Shown: positions 23,087 through 33,210, counted from the stretch's first letter. The stretch: 64,000 nucleotides of DNA from Candidatus Hydrothermarchaeales archaeon (GCA_036444275.1 JAZGAD010000015.1:1-64000), one strand, 5' to 3'. Numbers and translations: made by a program. The notes: generated by a model from the letters alone, not told the origin.

Positions 23087-24229
23087 CTACCTCTCTATGA
23101 CGCTTTCCTCGACTTCCATGCCGAAGTGTCTTCCTGCGCTAAGAGCTTGAAGCAAGACCTCGTCGCCCTCTTTCAGGCTGGTAATAGAAACCGGCTTGCC
23201 CTTTTGATTCACTAGGGTTATCGTCTCTGCGTTCTGTAGTAAAGTCTTGTATTTATTGCCCTCATGCTCTGCCTCAACGAGCATCAATGGCCTTTTCTCG
23301 ATTTTCACCCTGCCCACGACTACGGTGCGGGTATTGCCTGTTGAGTCCACGACCAGCAACTCGTCTCCAGCTGATATCTCGCTTAGGTATCTGGTCTTTG
23401 CGTCCTTGCCTAGAATGTATGCATGCACGGCTCCAGCGTTCACCCTGAAGGGACGTGAAGCAACATATTCTGTCTCGAGAGTCTCCGAATGCACAAGGAA
23501 CAATCCGCTTGCTTGAGAGCCGACCAGCATTCCCTCGCCGATTTTTAGAAGAGACGCTGTGTCTACGCATACCCTGTCGCCCATGCCAACCTGCTGGAGC
23601 TTCGTAATCCTCGCCGGTACTAATTGGACCTTTCCGGCACTGACCAGTAATCCAGAGACTTTTTTGATCTCATTTACATCAGTGGTTTGAAGAAGCACGC
23701 CGTCAACCCCTACCTCGAGGGTTTCAAGAGCTAGTTTTGCGTCTTCTGAGTCCTTCACGCCTGCCATTACCTTTACGTCCTCTTTTTGCAGTTCTGCAAT
23801 GAGGTTCTCAAGCGGTATGATCGTCCAGTCCTTGCCCACTACGAGGAGGTAGTCGCATACCCTGGCTTCTAATGCAGCTAATCGCTCATGTGCCTTGCTC
23901 CTTATCTCTACATATCCACAGGTCCTCACTTTAAGTTCCTTGAGCTTTGCCAGGTCCGCTGAATCTTCAATATTGCCTAGTTCTATGGTGCCGTCTCCCT
24001 CGCCCTTCACTCCCACCATTACGATTGTTCCTTCAGCAGCGAGCTTAGTATTATCCATATCCTCTTTCCAGGGCACAATCATGTCTATCTCGCCCAGTTT
24101 TGAAGCCCTCTCTAAGTCGTCTTCTCTCATTAGGGCTCCTTTAGCACCTGACTCTAGGGCAGCTGTTAGGAGATTTTTCCTCTCTGCCCATGTCTCGCCT
24201 TGTGAGCAATCAACCCAGAAGAATTTCAT
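23087..24229 (-). CDS. aroB': 3-dehydroquinate synthase II (AroB')
   Basis: DWTIIPLENLIA, GDRVCVDT, RPFRVNAGAVH, LQNAET. Confidence 0.93.
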   Translation of the reverse strand: MKFFWVDCSQGETWAERKNLLTAALESGAKGALMREDDLERASKLGEIDMIVPWKEDMDNTKLAAEGTIVMVGVKGEGDGTIELGNIEDSADLAKLKELKVRTCGYVEIRSKAHERLAALEARVCDYLLVVGKDWTIIPLENLIAELQKEDVKVMAGVKDSEDAKLALETLEVGVDGVLLQTTDVNEIKKVSGLLVSAGKVQLVPARITKLQQVGMGDRVCVDTASLLKIGEGMLVGSQASGLFLVHSETLETEYVASRPFRVNAGAVHAYILGKDAKTRYLSEISAGDELLVVDSTGNTRTVVVGRVKIEKRPLMLVEAEHEGNKYKTLLQNAETITLVNQKGKPVSITSLKEGDEVLLQALSAGRHFGMEVEESVIER

Positions 24230-24243
24230 TCAAGCTTCCTCCA

Positions 24244-25038
24244 TTACAGTTCCTTCATCGCATCTTCCACGCTTGCCTCATCGTGCACGATCTTGGACAT
24301 TGCTCTGACCATCTTTATTGGGTCTCCAGCTTGGAACACGTTTCTACCTATGCTGGTCCCTACGGCTCCTGCTTCCATGGCATCTCTGACCATCTCCAGC
24401 ACATCTCTTGTTGTATCCATCTTGGGGCCGCCGGCTATTACTACAGGTACCTGGCATCCCTTGACTACTTCCCTGAATGAGTCTATATCTCCAGTGTAGT
24501 TGGTCTTAATTATATCTGCGCCTAACTCAGCTCCTGCTCTGGCAGCCAGCTTAACCACCTCGACGTCGTGCTCTGACTTTATCTTCTTTCCACGAGGGTA
24601 CATCATTGCTAGAAGGGGCATACCCCAGTCAGTGCATTCCTTGGATACAGTTCCAAGCTGTTGCAGCATGTCTGCCTCGTTTTCTGCGCCTATATTTATG
24701 TGAACGCTTACTGTGTCTGCGCCCAGCTTTAGGGCTTCTTCTACAGTTGTGACGAGGACTTTGTTATTGGGGTCTGGACTGAGGGAAGTGCTTGCCGATA
24801 GGTGTAGAATTAAGCCTATGTCGCGGCCGTAGCCACGGTGCCCATGCTTTACTATGCCCTTGTGGAGAAGGACGGCGTTTGCTCCTCCTTCTGCTACTTT
24901 GTCTACTATGCTGGGCATGTCGATCAGGCCTTTTATCGGGCCCGATGAGACGCCGTGATCCATAGGGACGATTATTATCTTTCTGGTCTTCCTGTTGAAG
25001 ATCCTTTCTATTCTAACGCTCTTGCCTACGTCGCTCAT
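24244..25038 (-). CDS. aroA': ADH synthase (AroA', DhnA-type aldolase)
   Basis: [27 protein letters not shown]; upstream of aroB'. Confidence 0.92.
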   Translation of the reverse strand: MSDVGKSVRIERIFNRKTRKIIIVPMDHGVSSGPIKGLIDMPSIVDKVAEGGANAVLLHKGIVKHGHRGYGRDIGLILHLSASTSLSPDPNNKVLVTTVEEALKLGADTVSVHINIGAENEADMLQQLGTVSKECTDWGMPLLAMMYPRGKKIKSEHDVEVVKLAARAGAELGADIIKTNYTGDIDSFREVVKGCQVPVVIAGGPKMDTTRDVLEMVRDAMEAGAVGTSIGRNVFQAGDPIKMVRAMSKIVHDEASVEDAMKEL

Positions 25039-25194
25039 TTAAACTCCTCCTTGTTACTTGTTACCATGGTTCAGTGTAGCATGCATGCTATATAAAGGTT
25101 TCGGGAGGGGGTACTGTAAAATCTGCGGTGGATGTAACCTTCTTATGACATAGTAAGCGTAAATTTAAGTAAATAGTAAGGGTTAAAGAGTATT

Positions 25195-25833
25195 ATGGAG
25201 GAATGGGAGTATCGTAGGCCGAAGAAAACTGATGATGCATTTAAATCTCGCACTCAAGATTGGTGGAACAACGCCACGATAGATTCTAAAGACTTGTATA
25301 AGTCTGGTGAAGGAAACTGGAATATTTATGCTGAGGGCTACAAACGCGCTGGTGACTGGTTGTTTGAGCGCGTAAATCAGGGGAGGGCAGACCAAGATTT
25401 TGTTGTTTATCCAATAGTATTCTTATATCGTCATGCTATTGAACTCAAATTGAAATGGATAATTGAAATCGGTGGTAGACTTATAGATGAACCTCGGGAC
25501 TTACGGATCAGTCATGACCTTATTGCACTTTGGAAGGAATGTCGAGAAATATTAGAAAAAGTATGGTCAGAGGGATCTAGTGATACGCTTGATACAGCTG
25601 AAAAAATAATTAATCAATTTTCAAAGGAAGATCCAGAATCCATGACTTTCAGGTATCCAGTTGACACAGATGGGAATTTTTTAATCCCCGACTCAAAGTT
25701 AATTAATCTAGAAAACCTAAAAGATGTAGTTGAAGGAATTTACAATTTACTTAATGGATCAAGTACTGGTATATCTGAATATTTGGATGGAAAATATGAA
25801 TCAGAATACCATAGACAACAAGAGCAATTCTAA
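25195..25833 (+). CDS. Hypothetical, HEPN-like helical protein
   Basis: FLYRHAIELKLK, HDL, FRYP pattern typical of HEPN-like folds. Confidence 0.55.
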   Translation: MEEWEYRRPKKTDDAFKSRTQDWWNNATIDSKDLYKSGEGNWNIYAEGYKRAGDWLFERVNQGRADQDFVVYPIVFLYRHAIELKLKWIIEIGGRLIDEPRDLRISHDLIALWKECREILEKVWSEGSSDTLDTAEKIINQFSKEDPESMTFRYPVDTDGNFLIPDSKLINLENLKDVVEGIYNLLNGSSTGISEYLDGKYESEYHRQQEQF

Positions 25834-25846
25834 GATACGTCAGAAA

Positions 25847-26728
25847 TCATATTCCTATTTGGTTTTTTAACCAATTAGTTTGGCTTTTGGGATCTCTTAC
25901 CATATCCCATTGAACATCAGCTTTTTTAGGCTTAAATTTTGCTGAGAGGTACTGAGAAGCACCTTCAAGTTGATTTTCGTCTAACAGATTTACTAAATAT
26001 AAATTTTCAATTGTTTCATATGGTTCGTTACGTTCGCCATGCACAACTTCCATTTTGCCACCATTGATACACATGACTTTATTTTTATCAATTCTGTAAT
26101 TACTTGACCAAAAAAAATCCGCCCCTAATATATGTCCTTCTCCTACACGGTAGGACGGCCAATCTGGAGAGTTAACAATTTTCCAAGGTAAAACGCCAAA
26201 GTGGTTTTTTTCAAGACCTACAATGTCAATAGAATCTACTTTAATTCCAGCCAATACATCTGTGTCTAAAAACCTTTTCCAAGATTCAGAAATACTAACG
26301 ATTTTCCCACGAATTTCAACTGTAGTGCCGGAGAAATATTTTATCATTGGTCTTTTCGTTTCATGTTGGAAAAATAAAGGTATACAGTTTGGATCTCCTG
26401 CAAATTCTGAATTAAAGTCTTGGAGACTAGAACAATATGTATCATTAATGGAAAATGGTTTACAGGGAAGTGGATCTATCATCAACGGTGCTGAGATTTT
26501 CTCTAATTTCGTATCTAAAGTTATATTTCTTGAGATTGGTAAAAAATCAGAATAGATTCCTGTTACTGTTACTATTGCCCCATAATCAATTTCGTTCTGA
26601 TTTATTGATTCAAGTAATTCAGGAAATTCAAAGGAAACAGATTTATCTTTTTCAGGAACCAAATTTAAGATATCAATTGTATCCTTAAGAATCCTGAAAA
26701 ATTTCAAAATTCCCCCAATAACTGTCAT
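25847..26728 (-). CDS. Hypothetical protein
   Basis: 293-aa AT-rich ORF, co-oriented with short spacers. Confidence 0.7.
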   Translation of the reverse strand: MTVIGGILKFFRILKDTIDILNLVPEKDKSVSFEFPELLESINQNEIDYGAIVTVTGIYSDFLPISRNITLDTKLEKISAPLMIDPLPCKPFSINDTYCSSLQDFNSEFAGDPNCIPLFFQHETKRPMIKYFSGTTVEIRGKIVSISESWKRFLDTDVLAGIKVDSIDIVGLEKNHFGVLPWKIVNSPDWPSYRVGEGHILGADFFWSSNYRIDKNKVMCINGGKMEVVHGERNEPYETIENLYLVNLLDENQLEGASQYLSAKFKPKKADVQWDMVRDPKSQTNWLKNQIGI

Positions 26729-26737
26729 TCTTATCCC

Positions 26738-27559
26738 TTACAACGCATTTCTAAATTTATTGCATAAGGTTCCCTTGGAACCATTTGTAATTTTTTCAAT
26801 GGTATTTCTAATGCCGATTTTTCGTCTTTTTTTTTGACTCCAAAATATAAAGGTAATATCTTTAAGTTTTGCTTTTTGTTTTATGCGTTTATTTTTTGAG
26901 TAATCCCAACCAACAAACGATAAGGTTTCTCTAAGATCACGTTCATTTACTGGTGTAGTTAATATGTCCCAATAGTCAAAACAAATAGAATGCGTATCCA
27001 ATTTTCCTTTAATACAGTCGGTTGCATATATAATTCTCCCCCCGTTGTTAAAGACAAAGATATTTGGCTCTTGAAAAACTTCTGATGGGTACCCCCAAAA
27101 AACATCTATTTTCTTTTTTGAATTTTTAATATAAGCATCAAATTTTTTCCTTACGTCTTTAAAGACTGAATTAACTTTTTTCTCAGACATGCCTTTTTTA
27201 TAAGAGATATTACCTCCATAAAGTGGGTAATCTACTATCATCCTATTTTTTGATTTCAGTTCCGAATAGGATGAGCAGACATAAAATATCGTAACATCAA
27301 AGGGAAATCCACCTACATACATTACTTCAGAAAAAGAACTAGTCAACTCTTTTTCAATTGGAGGATTCAAAATAAATAATTCTCTAATATCCAAGTAATG
27401 CCAAAATGAAGAAATCCAATACTGATCAAGAAAAAACTTATTGGCTACATTTTCTAAAGCTGGTCCTTCTTCCCATTTTAAAATGTTGAGAATAGTGCGA
27501 TGTGAGGGCCGTATATGCCTTTTTATTGTATCTGGATTTTTTGAATTTTCAATTTTCAT
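26738..27559 (-). CDS. Hypothetical protein
   Basis: 273-aa AT-rich ORF in the same run. Confidence 0.7.
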   Translation of the reverse strand: MKIENSKNPDTIKRHIRPSHRTILNILKWEEGPALENVANKFFLDQYWISSFWHYLDIRELFILNPPIEKELTSSFSEVMYVGGFPFDVTIFYVCSSYSELKSKNRMIVDYPLYGGNISYKKGMSEKKVNSVFKDVRKKFDAYIKNSKKKIDVFWGYPSEVFQEPNIFVFNNGGRIIYATDCIKGKLDTHSICFDYWDILTTPVNERDLRETLSFVGWDYSKNKRIKQKAKLKDITFIFWSQKKRRKIGIRNTIEKITNGSKGTLCNKFRNAL

Positions 27560-27564
27560 TACCG

Positions 27565-28335
27565 TTAAAGATGTGCTACTTCAAAACCTCTTTCTCTAAG
27601 TTCATTAGAAACCATGCTCCTATGGCATTCATTAGGATCTAGTTCGAAGCACATCAAACATGATCGAGTATATTTCACAATCTTCTCAAGCTTGTCTAAT
27701 TCCGATTTTTCATTTTCTAAGTATTTTTTGTATTCATTGAAAAACCAAGGGTACCCTTTTTTCTTTAGCCCCTCCCTAAGGTTTTTGGGGGCACCTAATT
27801 CCTTGAGTGATAAGTAATCTATGTCTTCCGAAGTAAGATTTTTTTCCAAGACCCTATGAGAAAAACCCACCTTGCGACTAAAACCGTTAGCTCGTATATC
27901 AACCAAAATTTTAATATTATTAATCTTTAAGAGTTTAATAAAATTCTCTACATCACGCTTCTCATAACCCACGGTAAAAACAACATTGCTATCCTTTATA
28001 CCTAAGGGCTTAATGGTTCCTTGAACGCTTAAGTCTCGTAATTTCTTTTCCTCATGCCTTTTTTTCATCAATTCTAATGCAGTTACAAACTCCATTTCCA
28101 TAACATCCATGTTATCTAAGATATCAATGTAGTCTAGTGTACCCTTAGCATCTCTTATAGATTTTCCTACCTTATGTAAAGTGTTACTAATGGCAGGTTG
28201 TTTTATCCCCAATGTTTTAGCGATTTCGCTTTGACGTTTACCTTGCTTATGGAAGAAATAAATTTCGATTTGTTTTCGAGTTAGATTTCCAAATTTCTCA
28301 TCCACGCTAATAACCTCTATAACTAATATAACCAA
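27565..28335 (-). CDS. HTH + DUF488 domain protein
   Basis: N-terminal sigma4-like HTH (QSEIAKTLGIKQPAIS); FTVGYE, LVDIR, LMCFE..CHR. Confidence 0.85.
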   Translation of the reverse strand: MVILVIEVISVDEKFGNLTRKQIEIYFFHKQGKRQSEIAKTLGIKQPAISNTLHKVGKSIRDAKGTLDYIDILDNMDVMEMEFVTALELMKKRHEEKKLRDLSVQGTIKPLGIKDSNVVFTVGYEKRDVENFIKLLKINNIKILVDIRANGFSRKVGFSHRVLEKNLTSEDIDYLSLKELGAPKNLREGLKKKGYPWFFNEYKKYLENEKSELDKLEKIVKYTRSCLMCFELDPNECHRSMVSNELRERGFEVAHL

Positions 28336-28382
28336 TATTGATTATATCTACTATAAATTACTTTCGGAAAAATAGTCGGAAA

Positions 28383-29168
28383 TTAGATGACTTTTGGAGG
28401 GTAATACAACCCTATGATTAACCAGCTAGGTTGCAGAAAATAAGTTCCCATGTAGAAATATAAGTCTTTTTTGGTTATCATTTCATCAAAATATCGTTGC
28501 TTCAACTTCTCCCATAGAACCTCTTTTCTGGGGTACGTCCATCTCCAACTTCTATAAGACTGGAAAAGTTCCCAATCTTCACAAGTAATGTCGTGGTTTT
28601 TGCATGATTCACCTTGGCAAGAAAAACGGTATCTAAAAACATGAGGTAGTATTTCTAAATCACTTCGCTTCTCCCCAAACAATGTTTCTTGATAACATTC
28701 TTTTGCTTTTGCTAGTGTCTTGTCGTCCTCGTTCAACTCTTCGGACATATAGAAGTTGAATAGGTCTTTAGGTTTTATCAAGCCCAGAGAAGTCTTATCT
28801 TCAGAATAACTTTCTCTTAATCTCTCCACTGATTTTTCAAGCATTGGTAAAACGATTTCGTTACGAGACTTCCAATCTGTTGGTCTTTCGTTTAAGGACG
28901 TATCAACGATTTTCAACGTGTTCGGTCTAATTTTATGGCTCTCCTTTCTTCGAAGTTTTTCACTCTTTGAATTATTTCTGCATTCTACCTCAATCCAATC
29001 ATACTTCCGAAATGTTTTTTTACTCCTAAAAATTTCAAATGGAATCGGGTAGAGTCTGATCCATTCTCCATCTTCAGTAATCCCAGAAGTACATACACAA
29101 GCCTTATATTTTGTACTGGGTTCAGGATACGCCTTTACTGTGACCAAAACCTTCTTTTTCTCCCACAT
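28383..29168 (-). CDS. Conserved hypothetical protein (DUF488-associated, OB-like)
   Basis: TVKAYPEPS..VCTSG..WIRLYPIPF, CEDWE, IIGLYYPP. Confidence 0.7.
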   Translation of the reverse strand: MWEKKKVLVTVKAYPEPSTKYKACVCTSGITEDGEWIRLYPIPFEIFRSKKTFRKYDWIEVECRNNSKSEKLRRKESHKIRPNTLKIVDTSLNERPTDWKSRNEIVLPMLEKSVERLRESYSEDKTSLGLIKPKDLFNFYMSEELNEDDKTLAKAKECYQETLFGEKRSDLEILPHVFRYRFSCQGESCKNHDITCEDWELFQSYRSWRWTYPRKEVLWEKLKQRYFDEMITKKDLYFYMGTYFLQPSWLIIGLYYPPKVI

Positions 29169-29169
29169 T

Positions 29170-29478
29170 TTAACCCCCAGACATCATCCAAACTGTCCTA
29201 TACCCTTGTTTTTTTCTTCTTAATCCTATGTCGCTTTCCAATCTTCTTACCCAGATGTTGTTTGGAAGTTTTTGAGGAAGGTTCTTTGTAGATCTTATCT
29301 CCATCCAAGTTAGTCCTTCAGGAGTCTCCTCCAATGCTCCCCTAATACGTTCCATGAACTTCTCATAAAAGATTTTCTTTTTTCGGATTTTTTTAGAATG
29401 ACCAGGTTTCAGCAAAAGCGTTGAATCCTTTACTTCTTCAGCCAATTCCTCCCCGACTTTCCAGCCGAGCTTTTCCAT
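29170..29478 (-). CDS. Putative DNA-binding protein (AbrB-like start + wHTH)
   Basis: KLGWKVGEEL..LLLKP; EGLTWMEIR. Confidence 0.5.
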   Translation of the reverse strand: MEKLGWKVGEELAEEVKDSTLLLKPGHSKKIRKKKIFYEKFMERIRGALEETPEGLTWMEIRSTKNLPQKLPNNIWVRRLESDIGLRRKKQGYRTVWMMSGG

Positions 29479-29550
29479 AACTAGGCGTATTCCTTAATCC
29501 TAAATATAAACTTTTACGTATATTTTAAAACAACTAAAACGTGGGAAGAA

Positions 29551-29696
29551 CCATTTCTTTGGTACTCAACCGCCTTTTTAATTAACCCTTCCCATTTGTT
29601 CCTACCTAGCTCTAAATCCAACCCCGCCATTTCTGCGGGTGTATGTCCATGTAGTGCTTGGTGTGGCCGTATGAAGTTATAGTAGTGCCGATAATT
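29551..29696 (-). mobile_element. DDE (IS6-like) transposase C-terminal remnant 1
   Basis: YYNFIRPHQALHGHTPAEMAGLDLELGRNKW. Confidence 0.75.
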
Positions 29697-30802
29697 TATT
29701 CTTTCTTTCCACAAAATGGGCAGTAAATTAAATCTGAATATCTTAAATTCCCGCAATTCGAACATTTTGTCTTAATCTGTCTCCCGCAATTTGGGCAAAA
29801 ATGATCAGAAAGGCTCAAGTTAAGTGAGCAATTCGGGCACTTACTCTCCTTTAAATGTCTTAAAGCCACCTTTTTTGGATCATAAATTTTCTTTTGAATG
29901 AAATAGACAATACCCCCTAGAATCAAGATTACTAGTGCTGTAACTCCATAATACACTATATATTTCATTATAGAAATGCTCATTAATACCTTGAAAATTC
30001 TTGAGAACCACGCCCTCGGCAGTATTTGGTACAGAAATGCTAAAACGATTTGTAAAAATAATATTGTAGAGGCATAGAATACTGACGTTGCAATTATCGT
30101 ATAGGGACTATCTCTCTTCTTATACTTCAAATAATAACTAAGGGAAATTGCAAAGAATGGGAGAACGAATAGTAGTTTTAACAAAAATACTTTAAGATTA
30201 TAATACGCAATCCTGGTTTTGTAACGTTCCTGGGCATTGTAGTGAGAATTTTTAAGTTCGTCTACTTTTGGAGTTATCCTTTGAACGACCTCGTCTCTCG
30301 TGATAGTCAATTCATTTATTTCTGTTCTAAGATTATCGTTATTTGTTCTCAAGGAGATTATTTGATTTTTTATCTCCGGCTTATCCATTAATGCTGCTGC
30401 TTCTTCTGCAATGGTTTCCTGGAGACTTAGACCGTATTTCTGCAATAATTCATTTAACTGCCGTTCATTAGAGTGGATCAAGTTTTGTTTGCTTGAAATC
30501 TCGTTATTATATCCAATAATAGTATTTAATTCAGGGTCTAAATTGTTGACTAAAGTATCTAACTCAAATTCTTTGTCAATCTCATTGAATCTACATGTGG
30601 GTTTACGACGGATGTATTCCATACTGCCAAGGTAACTGTTAACGCAATAGCTTGGGCCTACAGGGCGCTCAGGGATTTTTGAGATATCCGAAAAAATGGT
30701 CTGGCCGATTATTATCAAAAAGAAAAATAATGCAATTAGTATCAGGTAACCTAATTTTGAGGTTTTCTTTTCACTTATCTCGGTGTATGTGTCTGTCCCC
30801 AT
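29696..30802 (-). CDS. Membrane protein with coiled coil and C-terminal double zinc ribbon
   Basis: N-terminal TM, long coiled coil, 3 TM, four CxxC pairs. Confidence 0.8.
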   Translation of the reverse strand: MGTDTYTEISEKKTSKLGYLILIALFFFLIIIGQTIFSDISKIPERPVGPSYCVNSYLGSMEYIRRKPTCRFNEIDKEFELDTLVNNLDPELNTIIGYNNEISSKQNLIHSNERQLNELLQKYGLSLQETIAEEAAALMDKPEIKNQIISLRTNNDNLRTEINELTITRDEVVQRITPKVDELKNSHYNAQERYKTRIAYYNLKVFLLKLLFVLPFFAISLSYYLKYKKRDSPYTIIATSVFYASTILFLQIVLAFLYQILPRAWFSRIFKVLMSISIMKYIVYYGVTALVILILGGIVYFIQKKIYDPKKVALRHLKESKCPNCSLNLSLSDHFCPNCGRQIKTKCSNCGNLRYSDLIYCPFCGKKE

Positions 30803-31002
30803 TTGGCTAATACAATAATCTTAATTCTTTAAAAAGTTTCTATTTTACTGTACTCTTGCATTTAGCGGTTGATGCCAGAAAATCGTGGGTAGTGGTGAAT
30901 ATGCGGTGGGTGGAGCAATTACAAAAATCTTTTAAAAGCGATGTTGAATATGTCGGTTAGTCACAGAAAAGCTAAAATAATATTATAACGAAAATCGGTG
31001 GT

Positions 31003-31320
31003 ATGGGAGTAAAAGCACCTATTACAGGGGCGATTGTTGGAGGTGTATTGGGGTTAAGTAGTGGTATATATACTTTTATATCTGGAGTTGGTGGTTTCGC
31101 TGGATATGCTACTCCTCGAACATTTCTAGGGAACTTGTTTACAATACCTACAATAATGGGTATGTATGTACATGATGCAATATTCCATGATTACTTTTTA
31201 GGTAGTTGGTTGAATCTTTTATTACCCCTAACTATTTTTCCTATTCTTATTGGAGCATTAATCGGGATAGGGGTTGGACGATTAATTGGAAAGTACAATC
31301 TAAGGAGGGTACCAGATTGA
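31003..31320 (+). CDS. Small membrane protein
   Basis: GAIVGG..GALIGIG glycine-rich TM helices. Confidence 0.65.
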   Translation: MGVKAPITGAIVGGVLGLSSGIYTFISGVGGFAGYATPRTFLGNLFTIPTIMGMYVHDAIFHDYFLGSWLNLLLPLTIFPILIGALIGIGVGRLIGKYNLRRVPD

Positions 31321-31613
31321 AAGCTTGGAAGAAGGGGGCGATAATTGGTGGTGTGTGGTCAATTTTAAGAATTCCAATTTTCTTCGTCTCAGTGTATTTA
31401 TATGGTTGGGAGCGTTCTCTTACACCTGCATTCAAGATTTATCTTTTTTTTCTTGCCCCTTTTTACCATGGATTAGATTTTTTTGGGCCTAAAGTATTCT
31501 ACACACCGTTTATGAAAACCTTAGGAACTATTTTTGATTTTGGAATTTGGATATTAATCGGTGCAGGAATTGGGTATTTTATTGACAGACGTAAAAACAA
31601 ACCACAGAATTAA
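31317..31613 (+). CDS. Small membrane protein, paralog-like to the preceding gene
   Basis: KAWKKGAIIGG..LIGAGIG; TTGA overlap. Confidence 0.65.
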   Translation: MKAWKKGAIIGGVWSILRIPIFFVSVYLYGWERSLTPAFKIYLFFLAPFYHGLDFFGPKVFYTPFMKTLGTIFDFGIWILIGAGIGYFIDRRKNKPQN

Positions 31614-31637
31614 AGCCATAAATTAATTTAGTGAGCA

Positions 31638-31781
31638 CCATTGTTTTGGTGCTCAACTCCCTTTGGTTCAAATCCTTCCAACGGTTAGTCCCTAGCTCTA
31701 GGTCAATCCCTGCCCTTTGTGCCGGTGGCTTCCCATTAAGAGCCGAATGCGGTCATATGAAGTTACAGTAAGGTTGGTATT
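31638..31781 (-). pseudogene. DDE transposase C-terminal remnant 2
   Basis: YCNFI*PHSALNGKPPAQRAGIDLELGTNRW, with stop and frameshift; DNA similar to 29551-29696. Confidence 0.75.
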
Positions 31782-31877
31782 AAAAAATAGAGAAGAAATA
31801 AAGAAGCCCCCTCTCACTTAGGCGCTGAAGAGGGCTAAAAAGGGGTCTGCATGACATATTTCTCAAACAGGAAATAT

Positions 31878-32069
31878 CTAGAGCTTTTTGACGTTTGAAG
31901 CTTTTGGGCCTTTTTCGCCTTCTTCTACGTCAAACTCAACGCGGTCGCCATCAGTAATAGGGCCTTCAATGACGCCAGATTCGTGGACAAAAACATCTTC
32001 GCCTTCATCCGGAGAAATAAACCCGAAGCGCTTGCTTGCGTTAAAAAACTTCACAGTTCCTTGTACCAT
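31878..32069 (-). CDS. csp: Cold shock domain protein
   Basis: GTVKFFN..KRFGFI, DVFVH, KGPKA. Confidence 0.95.
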   Translation of the reverse strand: MVQGTVKFFNASKRFGFISPDEGEDVFVHESGVIEGPITDGDRVEFDVEEGEKGPKASNVKKL

Positions 32070-32420
32070 AAGATCTCACCTCCCTTTATAATTGAATTAC
32101 TTAATAGAACAGCCAAAAAAAAACACCTTGCACTAAAAATACCTTCTAACTTTCTTACCATTTATTCATGACTACCTATTGCAAAGATTATGGAAACTAG
32201 GCGGAATAACTTCTTTGGATACATTTTTATCTGAAAACTCCCACCAACTGCATATTATAATGGAACCTAGACGAAGGGTTGTATAATCTGAGGTGGATGT
32301 TGAAGGGTACTGTCTCATCTGAAGTTGGTGCCTCATGAGGTTATTGAAAAGTCAATTGTTGTGTAATCGAAACAAGGTTATATCTTACGTCTCTCGTTCT
32401 TTTAGAGAGACTAGCTGGAA

Positions 32421-32615
32421 GTGTTGTGTGTGGGGTTCATTAACGAGCTTAAAGACACGATCACAAAGATCGTATATGCCCTTCTTGGGCTTTCTCTCAT
32501 CTCCGGCTCACGGTCTTTGATTACCAGCGACAGCACTACTTCCCGATGGTCCGGTTATATCTTTATTCTCGTGGGCCTCATTATTGTAGCTTATGCTCTC
32601 AAGAAAAATAAGTAG
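32421..32615 (+). CDS. Small two-TM hypothetical protein
   Basis: Two hydrophobic segments; start uncertain. Confidence 0.4.
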   Translation: MLCVGFINELKDTITKIVYALLGLSLISGSRSLITSDSTTSRWSGYIFILVGLIIVAYALKKNK

Positions 32616-32759
32616 GATATCCCATTGTAAAAATCTTGAATGAAAAACTAATAGGGAGGGAGCCATAAGAGACACCCCCAAATTGTATTTACGGATCGGT
32701 TTTAATCAACCCGCCGGATCTTTAATTGGATCCTTGCTAGGAAAGTAAAGCAGTCGTTG

Positions 32760-32850
32760 TTTTTTACTTGTTTTGATATCGCAAATAACCTTCTCCCGCT
32801 CCCTAATCGTCGTGCAACCTCCCCATTTTGTTGTTCAACGTCTTGTTAGT
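32760..32850 (-). pseudogene. DDE transposase internal remnant 3
   Basis: LNNKMGRLH/(frameshift)/TIREREKVI resembles NNxxERLHGTIREREKV, just upstream of the YNFIRPH motif. Confidence 0.55.
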
Positions 32851-32928
32851 AGCGACCTGGGGTACACTCAAGGTATATAAAATTAAGGAAAAATGAAGAA
32901 TGATTAAAAACTTCCCTAACTCGATATT

Positions 32929-33087
32929 TTAATATCTTTTCGGTCTTCGTTTCGCGTAACAGTCCCTGCAGTAAACAGGCCTTGTGCCGTCGGGCTTGAA
33001 AGGTACTTCGGTCTCTTGTCCGCAATCCGAACATGTCACCTTATGCATCTCTCTAGGCCCACCGAAACCACGATCTCCATATGCCAT
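32929..33087 (-). CDS. CxxC-x17-CxxC zinc-binding protein (52 aa, not in ORF track)
   Basis: MAYGDRGFGGPREMHKVTCSDCGQETEVPFKPDGTRPVYCRDCYAKRRPKRY; GGTGA RBS. Confidence 0.9.
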   Translation of the reverse strand: MAYGDRGFGGPREMHKVTCSDCGQETEVPFKPDGTRPVYCRDCYAKRRPKRY

Positions 33088-33108
33088 TATTTCACCTATA
33101 TTCGTTAG

Positions 33109-33201
33109 TTATACACAGATTAAAACCTCTAAAAATAGACGCCTAACCGATGTATACCGACCCAACATTTGCGTATCAGCTATTTAAATCTATGCTACTA
33201 A
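33109..33201 (-). repeat. Promoter + 5'UTR hairpin, copy A
   Basis: Similar to 33632-33719; TTTAAATA box followed by a stem-loop. Confidence 0.7.
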
Positions 33202-33210
33202 TTTAGAAAT

